Positions 49,750 through 61,558 of a stretch of DNA of 64,000 nt are shown here, piece after piece (position 1 is the stretch's first letter; each line of letters opens with the position of its first letter). Below the pieces are notes generated by a model. It worked only from the letters and a program-made list of their open reading frames with translations. It made no database searches and was not told the origin of the DNA. Both the position numbers and the translations under genes were made by a program. Source of the stretch: Camelus dromedarius (taxonomy: Eukaryota); NCBI RefSeq assembly GCF_036321535.1, contig NC_087437.1:103480001-103544000 (forward strand), given 5' to 3'.

Positions 49750-51645
49750 CTCTGTTTTGGACTGTGATGGGATAACTGGTTCTGGACTTGTCATCTCAAA
49801 GTAAACAACTTGAAAGCTGAACAGAACATATGAGAAAACTGCCATCAGTCAAAGGAAAAGAAATAACAGAAGCCTGATCACTGAGGGAAGGGAAACTCAG
49901 GAGGTGAATTTCAAGATCACCGTGGCTCCTGGCTCCTTATCGGGCGGAAAATTCACCAGCTCTGCAAGCTGGAGTCTTAGCAGAGCATAGTGGTATTCCT
50001 GAACCACCAAAGGCAGAAGTCAGAATTCAGACCAGCAACCTGGATTCTGAAGGGAAAGGCTCTGGAAAGTAGCTCAAAGGGTGGGGGAATGGGGAGGCAG
50101 AAATCCACATGAGAGCATCCTGCAAATCACTCATGAACGCTTGGCTGACAGCGTGCAGGACAAGATGGCATGAAGCTTACAGCAGAGCATTTGTAACCAA
50201 ATTGAGAACAAAGGAGTAGGAATAAGAGAGGTCAAATAGTGTTGAAGGGCCTTAAAAAATCAGCCAGCCTAAGAGAAGAGAGCTTATTCCTGACTCCTTA
50301 ATTCCTAGGGACAGAAGCCAGACACAAAAGAATCGCTTTGATTTGGGAGTAGGGACCATGTCCAAAAGATACACATGAAAATTAAAGACAATTAGGATGA
50401 AAGTAAAAGGATACATCACAGGACAGTAAGCATAAGAAAGGCCTAGGACTATCTTATTATCAAACAATACAGACTTCACAAAAAAAGAGTGAATAAGAAA
50501 CAAAGAGTGACATTTGTTATGATAAAGGGGCAATTCATTAGGAAGACATAACAGTTCTGAATATGCTTGTATCTAACAACAGAACTTCAAAATAGATGGG
50601 AGAAAAACCAACAGTTACTAAAGTAAAGAAAATATGGACAGTCTTAAACTTAATTTGAGATTTTAACATCTCTCTCTCTCTCTGAGTAATTAATAGAACA
50701 AACAAACAGAAATCTGATATGCATATGGGAGATCAGAACAATCTTAACTAAGTTTGACCCAATCATCATTTACAGAAAACTGCACCCAACAATTGCAACT
50801 CAAAATCCAGCATGCTTTACAAATACACATGGAAAAATACGCATCCTGGCCCATAAAATAAGGTTTGATAAATTTCAAAACATGCAAGTTGTATGCTGTA
50901 TTTTACCTGACTAAAACTGTATTAAATCAGACATCAACAAAACAAGAAGCAGACATTTCCTAAATATTAAATAATCAGGAACCACATTTCCAAGCAACCC
51001 ATGAGTCAAAGGAAACATCCCATGGATTATTAAAAAAAATTGCGAAATAAATGAAGAAAATCACAGATATCAAAATTTGTCAGACATAGTGTAAGCAGTA
51101 CTGAGAGGCAGTAAATGTCTATATTTTAAAAAGAATAAGTGTCCCTGACAATTATGTAAATTCCCACCTAATTAATGCAAAAAATTAGAGCAAATTTACT
51201 GTAAAATAACAGGCAGAAAAGAATAAAGGTGGAAACAGAAATCAATGAAGTAGAACACAAGAGTAAACAAAAAAAGACAAAGGAAAAAGTTGGTTCTTTC
51301 AAGGTTTTAATCAATTGATAAACAAATAACAAGAGTAATCAGGATTAAAAAGAAACAAGACAAGAAACAACAAATTATCAACATAGGGAATAAAGAGGTG
51401 ATATCACTACTGATTATACAAATATTAAAAGGAAAAGAAAGACTTCATTATAATGTTAATTACTTAAATGAAATGGAAAATGTCCTCAAAAACATAACTT
51501 AGCAAACCTAAGTCAAGATCAATAAGGTATCTGAAGACCTTATTCAAGAATCAATTAAGTAAATCCAATTGATAATCAAAATTTTCCCACAAAAAAAAAT
51601 ACTTCAAGCCTAGAGAGTTTCAAAAATATTTCTTTATGACATTTA
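49750..51645 (+). mobile_element. Old L1: 5'UTR-like part followed by decayed ORF2 endonuclease region
   Basis: Around 50520-50600 it translates to 'MIKG..IH*EDITVLNMLVSNNRTSK*M', the L1 APE endonuclease motif with stops and a frameshift. It continues through 'aaaagttggttctttc'. Confidence 0.85.
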
Positions 51646-51784
51646 GCAATTGGAGTGAAGTGTAGAGACTTTAATTCCACTTAGTTCCTCTTACCTTCAC
51701 CACTTTTACATTATATTGTCTTGAGTATAAAATGGTGCTGTAATATGATTAAATATGATTTATAATCTCATAAGAGGTATAGTA

Positions 51785-52203
51785 TACTGGGTTTGGAAGT
51801 GGCTCCCAATACACACAGCTACAGAATATGACCATATTTGGAAACTAGGTCTTTACTGATGGGATTGATGCTAAATTATGATGAAGTCATATTAGATTAA
51901 AGTGAGTCCTAATCCAATGACTGGTGTTCTTATAAGAAAATAATAAAGAGACACAAACAGAGAGAGAATGCTGACTATCTAAGCAGAGACTGGAGTCATG
52001 TATCTATAAGCCAAGAAGTACCAAGAATTGTTAGCCACCACCAGAAGCTAGGAAGAGGCAAGGAAGAATAAGACAGAGTAAAGGCCTAATGATACTGTAA
52101 TTTGGGACTTCTAAAATCCAGAATTGTGAGAAAATGCATTTCTGTTGCCTTAAGCCATCCACTCAGTGGTACTTTGTTACGGCAGCCTTAGCAAACCAAT
52201 GGA
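51785..52203 (+). mobile_element. MaLR LTR, MLT1B/C-like
   Basis: 'gaatatgaccatatttggaaactaggtcttt', 'ccaccagaagctaggaagaggcaaggaa' and 'gtggtactttgttacggcagcctt'. Confidence 0.85.
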
Positions 52204-52850
52204 GATACTTGTACAGAGAAGTGGGGTGCTGCTGCAACAAATACCTAGACATGTGAGCGTGGCTTTGGAATAGGGTAATGGATAGAGGCTAGTAAATGTT
52301 TTGAGATGCTTAACAGAAAAAGCCTAGATTGCCTTGAAGGAACTGTTGACAGAAATATAGATGTTAAAGGTAGTTCTAGTGAAGGCTTAAACAAGAGGAG
52401 AGTTACTGAGAACATTCTGTCATCTTACAGAATACCTATATCACCATGAGCAGAATTTTAATAAAGATATGAATGTTAAAGGTGCTTCTGTTAATGCCTT
52501 AGAAGGAAAAGAGGGAGGTATCATTGGACATTGCAAGCACTGGCACTATGAAGCAACAGGAAACTTGGCTAAATTGGGTTCTGCTGTTGGGTGGAAAGTG
52601 AGGAACTTAGATCTTTAGACGAGATTCCAAGCAAACTGCAGAAGAGACAGCATGCACCTTGGTACGTATAGAAACATGTAAGAGGAAAAAGACATGTTGA
52701 GCAAGGGCCTGCTAATTAAAACAGAGCAAGCACTTGATAATTTAGAAAATTCTCCACCTATCCACATAGCGTGCTTGGAGATGGACCAAGGGAAAATTAT
52801 TTGCTAAAGAAATTAGTCGTATGGCTTATGTACCCAATCATCCATGTTAA
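52204..52850 (+). mobile_element. MLT1 internal (MaLR-int) sequence, truncated
   Basis: Directly follows the LTR: 'gagaagtggggtgctgctgcaacaaatacctagacatgtgagcgtggctttggaatagggtaatgg...aaaagcctagattgccttgaa'. Confidence 0.85.
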
Positions 52851-52854
52851 CCTC

Positions 52855-54290
52855 TCTGGGGTTTCCATAAGAATATCCCACAAAAATATTGGTTCTTAAG
52901 TTATTTTTCTACAGGTCCTTAAAGCTCTGTTCATTTTTTTCCCCATTTTTTTTTTCTCTCTCTGTTGTACAGATTGGGTGAATTCTATTGATCTGTCCTC
53001 AAGCTCAATGAGCGTATCCTGTATTATCTCCTCTGCACTGTTGAATCCCTCCAGGAGGCTTTCTTTCTTTATTATTGTATTTTTTTTATTTCTGTAATTT
53101 CCATTTGGTCCTTTTTCATACTTTTACTTCTTTGCTGATGTCTTCCATTTTTCTTTTGTTTCAAGAGAATGTGTATTTGATTGTTGAAGCATTTTTATTA
53201 GTGCTGCTTTAAAAGGCTTGGCAGAGAATTTCCAACATTTGATTCATTTTCATGTTGGTGTCAGGTGAATGCCTTTTCTCTTGTTGTGATTTTCCTGATT
53301 CTTTGCATGATGAGTGATTTTTATTGTACCCTGGACAGTTTAAGAATTATGTTTGAAGACTAAGAACTCTATTATTTTATCTTTTCTTTTATCAGGCAGC
53401 CACCCCATTTAGGTTTACTTTACAGGTTCTGGCCCATATTTGTGGGCGATGGGTCCAAAGACCATTTTATTTTTATAGTCTTTGGATGGCTGGTTTTATC
53501 GGCTTGGTTGATCTGGTAACACTGAGGCTCACAGTGGTCGCAGCTGGTGGTGCCTGAGTGAACAAAAGGTATTTAACCAGATTGGACCACAGCAGGGGAA
53601 GTGAATCTCTGATCTGAGGATGGAAAATACTTCCGGTGTCAGACTGCTCTTGCGGGGAGATCTCCTTTGCTGTGGTCTACTGGCAGCTGGGTATCTCTCT
53701 AGGTTGGGGAAGGGAGACTCAGGCCCCTAAGGACAGTCTCCCTGAGCAAGATCTCTTTCTGTGGTAGGATCTCCCTTGTTTGCAGGAGACAGAGAGCTCT
53801 TTTCTGGCTTAGTGCTTGTTTTGGCGGATTCCAACTTCTGGTGAAACCAACTGCCAGGGGTTTCTGGGTCGAGGAGGGAGATGCATATCATATGGAAAAA
53901 CACAGCACTCTCCCTGGTTGATCATTGTCAGTGGAGTTTCTGTCAGTCCCTCTTTCCAGTGCTGCTAGGCTCACCTGGTACTGTTGGTAGTACCCCCATT
54001 TGATTTTAATGGGTGATGAGCTTTCCTGGCCATTTCCTTTTGCTAAATTAAAGAATGGGAAACAGGAAGCCTGAGCCACATTCTTCTGTTGGGTGAGGGT
54101 TCACAAGACATCCTGATGCTATTTTATCCCTCCAGTCCTGGAATATCTAATCAGTCTGCCCTCCTTTTCCCACTTTTTAGAGTTCTCCTTTTGTTACCCG
54201 TTGCATTATTTCCAGGCTTTATGACTGTACTAAGCAGGGAGGAACAGGGAGAAATGAGTTTATACCATCTTGTCTGGACTGTAACTTCAT
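52855..54290 (-). mobile_element. Old L1 5'UTR + ORF1 region, antisense
   Basis: Antisense ORF1 sequence 'cagattgggtgaattctattgatctgtcctcaagctca' and a 5'-terminus-like 'ccatcttgtctggactgtaactt'. Confidence 0.75.
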
Positions 54291-54305
54291 ATTTACACTT
54301 TTGTT

Positions 54306-54700
54306 TTTATAACATTTAAAAAGGAAATAATACCAACATTTTACAAATTCTCTCAGAAAGTAGAGGAAGAGGAAACACTTTTGTCTGATTTTTAAAAACC
54401 CAGTATAACCCCAATAACAAACGTAATAAAAATATTTTTTAAAACTAAATTTTTAAAAAAAAATTGTATAGGCATAAATGCAGAAATCCTCAACAAAATA
54501 CTAGCAAATAAAATCTAAGAACAAATGAAAATTGTAATAAATTACCATCAAGAAATTTTATACCAGAAATTCAAGGAAATTTCAACATTCTAAAATTAAT
54601 CACATTGTTTGAATACATTACCAGAATTTAAGAATGAATTATAGCATTATTTCAATAAATGCAGAAACAGAAAAAAAAAATCACAAAGGAATACATTCAA
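54306..54700 (+). mobile_element. Continuation of L1 ORF2 (start of RT region)
   Basis: 'aacatttaaaaaggaaataataccaacattttacaaattctctcagaaagtagaggaagagg' and 'atgcagaaatcctcaacaaaatactagcaaat'. Confidence 0.85.
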
Positions 54701-54804
54701 TATTGGAGATGAAAGGGATATAATGGAAATATTTTACCAGTTGTCTTACATGTAATTGGGTATTCTTTGGCTTTGAAAAGATAGAAATAATGTCTTTTTC
54801 ATTG

Positions 54805-55045
54805 AGATGGTTAAAAACTTTAGACAACAGAGTCAGTGAAACCTAAAATTCAGTTCTCCTGATTCTGTTACTTGGGAGGTCTGCAATACTGACATATTAC
54901 TTAAGCTATCTTAATTTCACCTTCTTTTGTAAAATTTCTATAATATACTCTTCCCTTCCTCTCAGGGTTTTGTGTGAATTACTGCAAAATGCATGCAAAG
55001 GTCTCAGTACATAAAAAGTGCTCGCTCAATAGTTTAGTGTTACTG
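54805..55045 (+). mobile_element. MIR SINE
   Basis: 'gatggttaaaaactttagac...attacttaagctatct...tctcagggttttgtgtgaatta...gctcaata'. Confidence 0.7.
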
Positions 55046-57717
55046 TTTGCTATTTTTGTTATGTCACATTGACAGTGGGTGATTATGTATGTTTATAGAA
55101 TGACTATACGCATGAATAATTGAATGAACAGATAATGGCATCTCAATACTACTCTTTCTTTTTAATTACTCTACAAAAGCTTCAGGATATATTTAATCCA
55201 ATGGAGATTTTACTCAGATAAATAATTATCAATTGAATGCCTACTATGTGTGGGGCATTACCTTAGATGCTGGGGATACAGAAGCATCTCTGAACTTCGT
55301 TCCTAACATTTATTACATTTTCTAGCCTTGGAAAATAATAGTTAAATTTTTAAAAAGTAGTAAAATATGATAAATGCTATGGTAGAGTAAGGGCTCATAT
55401 AATCTAGTATGAAGTTTTCTAAAATCATTTCTGGAAAGTGATGGGAAAGGTGAAATTTGAAGAAAGATGGCAGCAAACTGATGGGCAGGAAGACTGCTCC
55501 AGTCACTGATGTTCTCATGGGTGTCTGCATCAGCAAATGTCTTGAGGCAAGAGAGGGAATAACAAAATGCAAAAATTAAATGAAGCTTAGTCATTAATGG
55601 AGCATCTATGGCAAGAGAAGAACAGTGAGCAATTTCTATGTGGGACAAGGACCAGAAAAGAAACTGCAAAAGTTGACAATGATCTAACCTCCACAAAACA
55701 TCAAAACATGACAGAGATATGGCCTAGAACATGAACAGGGAGTTTATATGTTACTATGACATTTGCTCATTATTGAAGAAAAGAAAAACAAACTACCAGT
55801 ATGATAATTTGTATAATCTGATGTTACATATTGTATATAAAATAATGATTGAGTAAATAATTATTCTATATAATATTTTAAAGATGATAGAATACTATGT
55901 TATCATTAGAGAAAATAAAATAAAATTACATGTTCCCATATGGAAAGATATTCAAGATACATGATTAACTGGAAAAAACCCTAAGTATATATGTAAATAT
56001 GTAAATAACATTATATACATATATATTACATATATATGTGCATTTATACACATGCGTGTATATTTCTGTACGTAAATTTATAGAGAGATATTCAAGGAAA
56101 TTTTTAAGAATGCTTGCTTCTAGTGTGGTAAAAAACTTCGACGTTTCTTTTTAATATATACATTTTATTATGTTTATGCTTTTTTTTTAAGAGAAATGAT
56201 TTTTATGATGAAAAAGAAAGCTGAAGAAATCAGGAAATATAAGTATACTCCTCAGTAGTTCTGCCAAAAAAATTGAATGTAACTCCCCATACGAAATTTG
56301 ATTTGACCTGGTTATAATGGCTTCTTGGAAGAATATTGAAGAATTTCATTATATTCAACCTATCCCCTGGAATTAATATTCAGAAAAGATTTCATTGTGT
56401 TTTGAGAGAAATAATATGTGGGACCCTGAATATAATTATGGCTCTGATAGTTCATTGGACCCCAAAATTGTTTATTTACTCCTTAGTGATCATGGAAAAT
56501 TGTACAACTGTTAATAGGTTTTTAATTGCTTACATGTGAGATAGGGACAGTAACCCAATACACTTCAAACTGCGAAGGGTTGATTATATAAGCTATAGAA
56601 TTTTAAACCTACTTCAGAAAACTGACTACATATTTCAACCCATCTGAGAAAATAAGATGGTATCCTCTCTACCTAGAACTCTTTGCTAGAGTTTCTTTGA
56701 GCTATTATGCTTGGGACAGTTAATACTATTGAGAGCAGTCTTAACTAGGGTAATGATGATTCCAAACATATTGTTGTTTTAGCTTTCTTGTGTTTTTAAA
56801 AATAAAAAAAGAAAAAAATAAAAAAAACTTTCAAAAATTTAAATGTTGTGCAAAGAAATACTATGTTTCATATTTAAACCAAAGTCTGTTCTATAAATCT
56901 TGTGTGTAAATCTAATACACCAAATTAGTTGTTAAAATTCACACTATCAATATTTGTGTTCAATTATCATTAGGAAACATTAGTTTTATGTTTAAGGGAA
57001 CCAGGACTGTTTACCACAAAGGGCACGGTTCTTTCTGATTCTTCAGAATAAATATGCCTCCTGCAGAATGACCTTACTCTCTTTCCTCCACACTCCACTT
57101 GGGAGTTCTCCACTAGAGTATTCAAGAAGAGATAGATCTTTGCTGCTTCATTGAGCAGAACTGGCTTTGAATGGCATTTAGACTCAAACTGATCCAGATA
57201 ATGGTGACAAATGATTGCTGAATAGTCACATGTAAACATTAAGAAGGAGGGAATCAACAGTTTGGATGGGAGGTCAACCAAAGGTACTAAAGAATGACTA
57301 TCCTTGTCACTCTTGAAAAGAGTAATCAAAGTAATGTTGTATAAAAATTGTATTACTTCTTAAAGGGATTAAAGAAAAGTTAATACCTTGCAGTTAAACT
57401 CACCAGTGATAGTAACTAAGCAGGAGAACACTGGACCAGATTAGAGTGACACATTTCATACAGTTTTCTTCTTTTGTTTTATAGAGGGAAGGTAAAAGAT
57501 AAATAAAAACAGAGTATAAATAAAGCATTCTCTTACTGAAAATACCATAAAACATCCTTGCAGTTATTTTGAAATACATGCCTTCCTCATCGAATGTTAC
57601 AAAAGTCTATAAGCTTCAACAGAATTGTTATGACTTTGTTTTGAGCCCTGGACTTGATGACCTGAAACAGGACAAAGATGTAGAAATGACATTCAAACCT
57701 CTTAATTGGTATCATTA

Positions 57718-57753
<36 letters not shown>

Positions 57754-58859
57754 CCAGAGGACAAAGTGAGAGACCTCCTTGAGATTACTGTGCTCTTGGG
57801 AAAACTGAAACTGTCTTCTAACGAGAACACAATGCTTATAGCTCTTAAAAAGGCACCATTTAGCATTTGGTATATACTTTAAAACAGATACTCTGCTCTG
57901 AAAGTATTCTAACTGGTTTTTGTGTCCCAGAAGGGTAAAAGAAAGAGCAGTGAGCAAAGCTGAAATAGTGCATAATGATTGACCAGAGGATGATGGAAAG
58001 TCAGAGGGGAAACTGGGATGTCACGGTGTGTGTGAGAGCCCGCTCTTGTATTGGGTACGTGAACATGCATCTGTACCTGGGAATTGGAAAAGCGTTTAAC
58101 AAAATCCTGTGTCTTACTGCAATGTGAGTCACACTGGAAACTGCTATCAACTGAAAATTTGGCATGAAAATAGTAGGATGGTAAATGTCAGAAATTTAAA
58201 GTTGCTTTTTTTAAGTAAGAGTAATTCTTGGAGAATGCATTCAAGTTAAAAATAGCTTTATTATATCTTCAAATATTGAGGTATTTAAAGGGATTCTGTG
58301 CATTTTGATTGAACATTACCATTGGGACTATTACTGCTCAGTGTATTCAAGAGCCCCTGATTGTGTGTGTCTGTGTGTGTGTGTATATGAGTCTTGGAAA
58401 CAGTCATTCTCCTTACCCACCCCAAGCAATTATGTTGTATCAGAGGCATCTGTACTTTATTCAAAAGTGTATGTGACCATTATGTTCATTGTGTACAGAC
58501 TGGCATTATTCAATAAGTTTGTGACCATTATGTTCACTGTATAAGTGAGGCTCTCCTCTTATCTCTGGCTTTCATTCTTCCACAGTATAACTGTAGGGCT
58601 TGCTCAGCATAGTTGAGGATGTGTCCTATTTTAGGCACTGAGTGGAATTCTGAAAATGTAACCCCCCTCTAGTTCATATTGATTTTCCTTTTCTAAATTT
58701 TCAGTAAATAAGAGTTCATTAAGTGCTTTCTCTGGATTTGAAAATAATGAATACTTTTTAGATCTGAACCACACATTTGGAATCAAATTTTTGTTTCACC
58801 CTTTCAGTTGCAAAATATTTATAATATAGGCCACCTCATATGACATGCTATATTTTAGA

Positions 58860-59540
58860 ATAGGATCTTATATAAGGCATAGTTCTTTGCCTCAACTGTT
58901 TACCAGTCTCCTGGAGGAGAACAGAATGCAAGCTGATAATTAGAATATAACAAATGTGGAAACTCCAGCTATATATAGAGGCGTATGGGAGCAGGGACGG
59001 AGCACATACTTCTGCCTAGAGAGAAAACTGGAGGCGGTGTCACTGCCGGTGGACATCTCGACTTGAGTTTTGAGAATATGAATTAGACAGATGAATTAAT
59101 GGAGAAAGGAGTTTCCAGGTGTAACATTTGCAAGGAATTCTATGTGGGAGGCCTACACAGAGTTATGAAAAGTGATGGGAGATGGGTTTGGAAGGCCTCC
59201 TGAGGCTCCTCGAATATCACTCCAGGAGGCTTGGACTTAACTTTATCCTTTAAGTAGAGGTGTGAGCAAAAGATTTGAAGTAGAAAGTGGTGTAACTACA
59301 TTTGGGTAATATTTTGTAAGCTGTGTGGATAAGAGAAATACTAGAAGCAGAAAGGCAATTTTGATAGTCTGACCACAGATGATGAAAACTAAGCCAAAAC
59401 AATGGCAGTGGGGAGAAAATGTGATACAATAAAAAATCTATTTTGGAGGGCAAATCAGTACAATTTGGTGACTGAATAATGAGCTTCATCAATTTGAAGG
59501 TAAGAAAAAATTCTGGGAGAACTCTTAGATTTCTGCTTTA
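58860..59540 (-). mobile_element. Degenerate L2
   Basis: 'ttgagttttgagaatatgaa', 'ggaggcttggacttaa', 'ttttggagggcaaatcagtacaatttggtgactga' and 'actcttagatttctgctt'. Confidence 0.65.
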
Positions 59541-59923
59541 GATAAATCTTTGTATCTGGGTTTGTGCTGAGTATGTATATACATATTTTTGAAATTCCAG
59601 GGGATGCGGAAATTACACCCTTCTTTCTACACAAGGTAAGAATCTATTGAGATAATGACCCCCAAGTCAGAAAGATGGAAATCACCATGTTATTCTTATT
59701 ACTAGTTAAAATGCAACATTAAATATGGGGCAAATGAATCTTCTGATACCCCCCTGACTTACACTGCTGTACCCATACATCTAGTCTTAGGTTCAATTGG
59801 ACAAGAAAAGGCTTTTTCTGTCTCCCCTCAAGCAGGCGCTTTAATACATAGCAAAGCAAAACTTCCCTTCTCTACAGGCAAACAGGATTCTCTAAAAAGA
59901 AGCCAAATATTTGCTAAAATAGT

Positions 59924-59959
<36 letters not shown>

Positions 59960-59995
59960 CAGACATACACATACATACATATACATATATATACA
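59924..59995 (+). repeat. Compound (CA)n/(TA)n microsatellite
   Basis: Seen directly. Confidence 0.9.
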
Positions 59996-61097
59996 AGTAC
60001 ATATGGTTTTATATAGAAATATGGATTTATATAAAATATTCTGAAATATTGATACATATGTTTCTATATTTGGTATCTTTTCATCAGGTGGTATAGGAAT
60101 TATCATTTTATTAATTTGACACGAGTGCTCTGGATATATGAGAAATATTTATTATAATAATTCACTTAAAATTTAACATATTTTTATAATATATATATTT
60201 GTCTTTAGAATTTATAAATTAATTTTGAATAATGGTATCATGTTTTCCAATCCTAGTATAACCTTTTAAAAAGTGCATTTCACTAAGTTCTATAAATCCA
60301 TAGCTTAATATAGATTAATATATTAAAGAAGTATAGCATATTTTTCATATGTCACATTGAAGATTTTTTATGGAAAAAATTGCATTAAATTCCAGCAAGC
60401 TCCTACACTACCTTTTATGTTTTGAAGTTAAACTTGTGACTGTATGTTACCTTACTTCTGCTATTGGTATTGACAGCTGCATTTCCACAAAAGAAGTGAG
60501 AAGTTCATTGTATGCAAACATCGCTACCTTTCCATCATCACTACCTTTTCATTAGCTGTTTTTGCACTAGACTAACTGAAATGAACTGAATTAACAGGGC
60601 TGGATGAGAAAAAGGATATCATCCATGGTCCCTTAGATACCTTTAAATTTAAGAAGCACAATTAAATTTGCAACAAAAATATTTTGATGATATTTCTCAT
60701 AAATCAAATATATTTTAGTAAACAACCCCTTGTTTTGGGTTTTAATTAGGAAAGGTCAGGTTCTCAAAATTTCAGTTAATAGTAACGGGAACCTAAGTCT
60801 GGACAGAGGCACTAATACCAGTGTATTCCTACTGGCTTATCTATTTCAATGGTTGTGTTTAAATAAAGATGGATTTTATTTTTTTTTATACTTTTGTTAC
60901 TTGTCTTTATGTATATGAAATCCATGAATCTTAAGATTCTCATCTTCATTTTGGCTTTTTTTTTAATCTTTCATATCTTCCTGGAATATCCATCTTTTTC
61001 CTGCTTTTCCACTCTTGCTTGTGTACTCTCAGCTCTTCCTACAATGTACTTTTTAGTATTTTTCTCCATTTTACTCATTCTGGTCTGTCTTCCCTGT

Positions 61098-61558
61098 TGT
61101 TGTGCATTGAATTTTGTCTCCAAAAACATATATTTACATTCTAACTCCAGGTATCTGTGAATGTAGCCTTATTTAGTAATAGAGTCTTCCCAGATGTGAT
61201 CTAGATAGGATTAGCTCACAATGTAATAGAGTAAGATTTGAATTCAATGACTAATGTCCTTGTAGGAAGAGGAAAATTTGTACTTAGAGACACAGAGGAG
61301 AAGGCCATGTGAGATGGAAATAGAGATGGAAGTGACACATCCAGAAGCCAAGGGAAGTCAAGGATTACCAGCAAACACCAAAAGCCAGGAAGAGAAAAGA
61401 AGGATCAGCCCTTGGAGACTTGACAGAGAGTGTGGCCCTGCCTACACTTTGATTTTGCACGTCTAGCCACCTGAAAAAACTGGAGAGAATAAATTTCTGC
61501 TGTCTTTAGCCATCCAGTTTTTGGCAATTTGTTATGGCAGCTCCAGGGAACTAATACT
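61098..61558 (+). mobile_element. MaLR solo LTR, MLT1C-like
   Basis: 'tgttgtgcattgaatt...gtgaatgtagccttattt...gaaggccatgtgagatgga...tttgttatggcagctccagggaactaatac'. It accounts for ORF 61278..61466. Confidence 0.88.

Noticed and set aside
55322..55696. Longest ORF in the track (124 aa, minus strand)
   Set aside because: It has no recognisable domain, a non-ATG start and no exon context. The length is unremarkable for chance ORFs in 64 kb.
56970..57329. 119-aa minus-strand ORF
   Set aside because: It has a non-ATG start, no protein family I recognise and no convincing splice signals.
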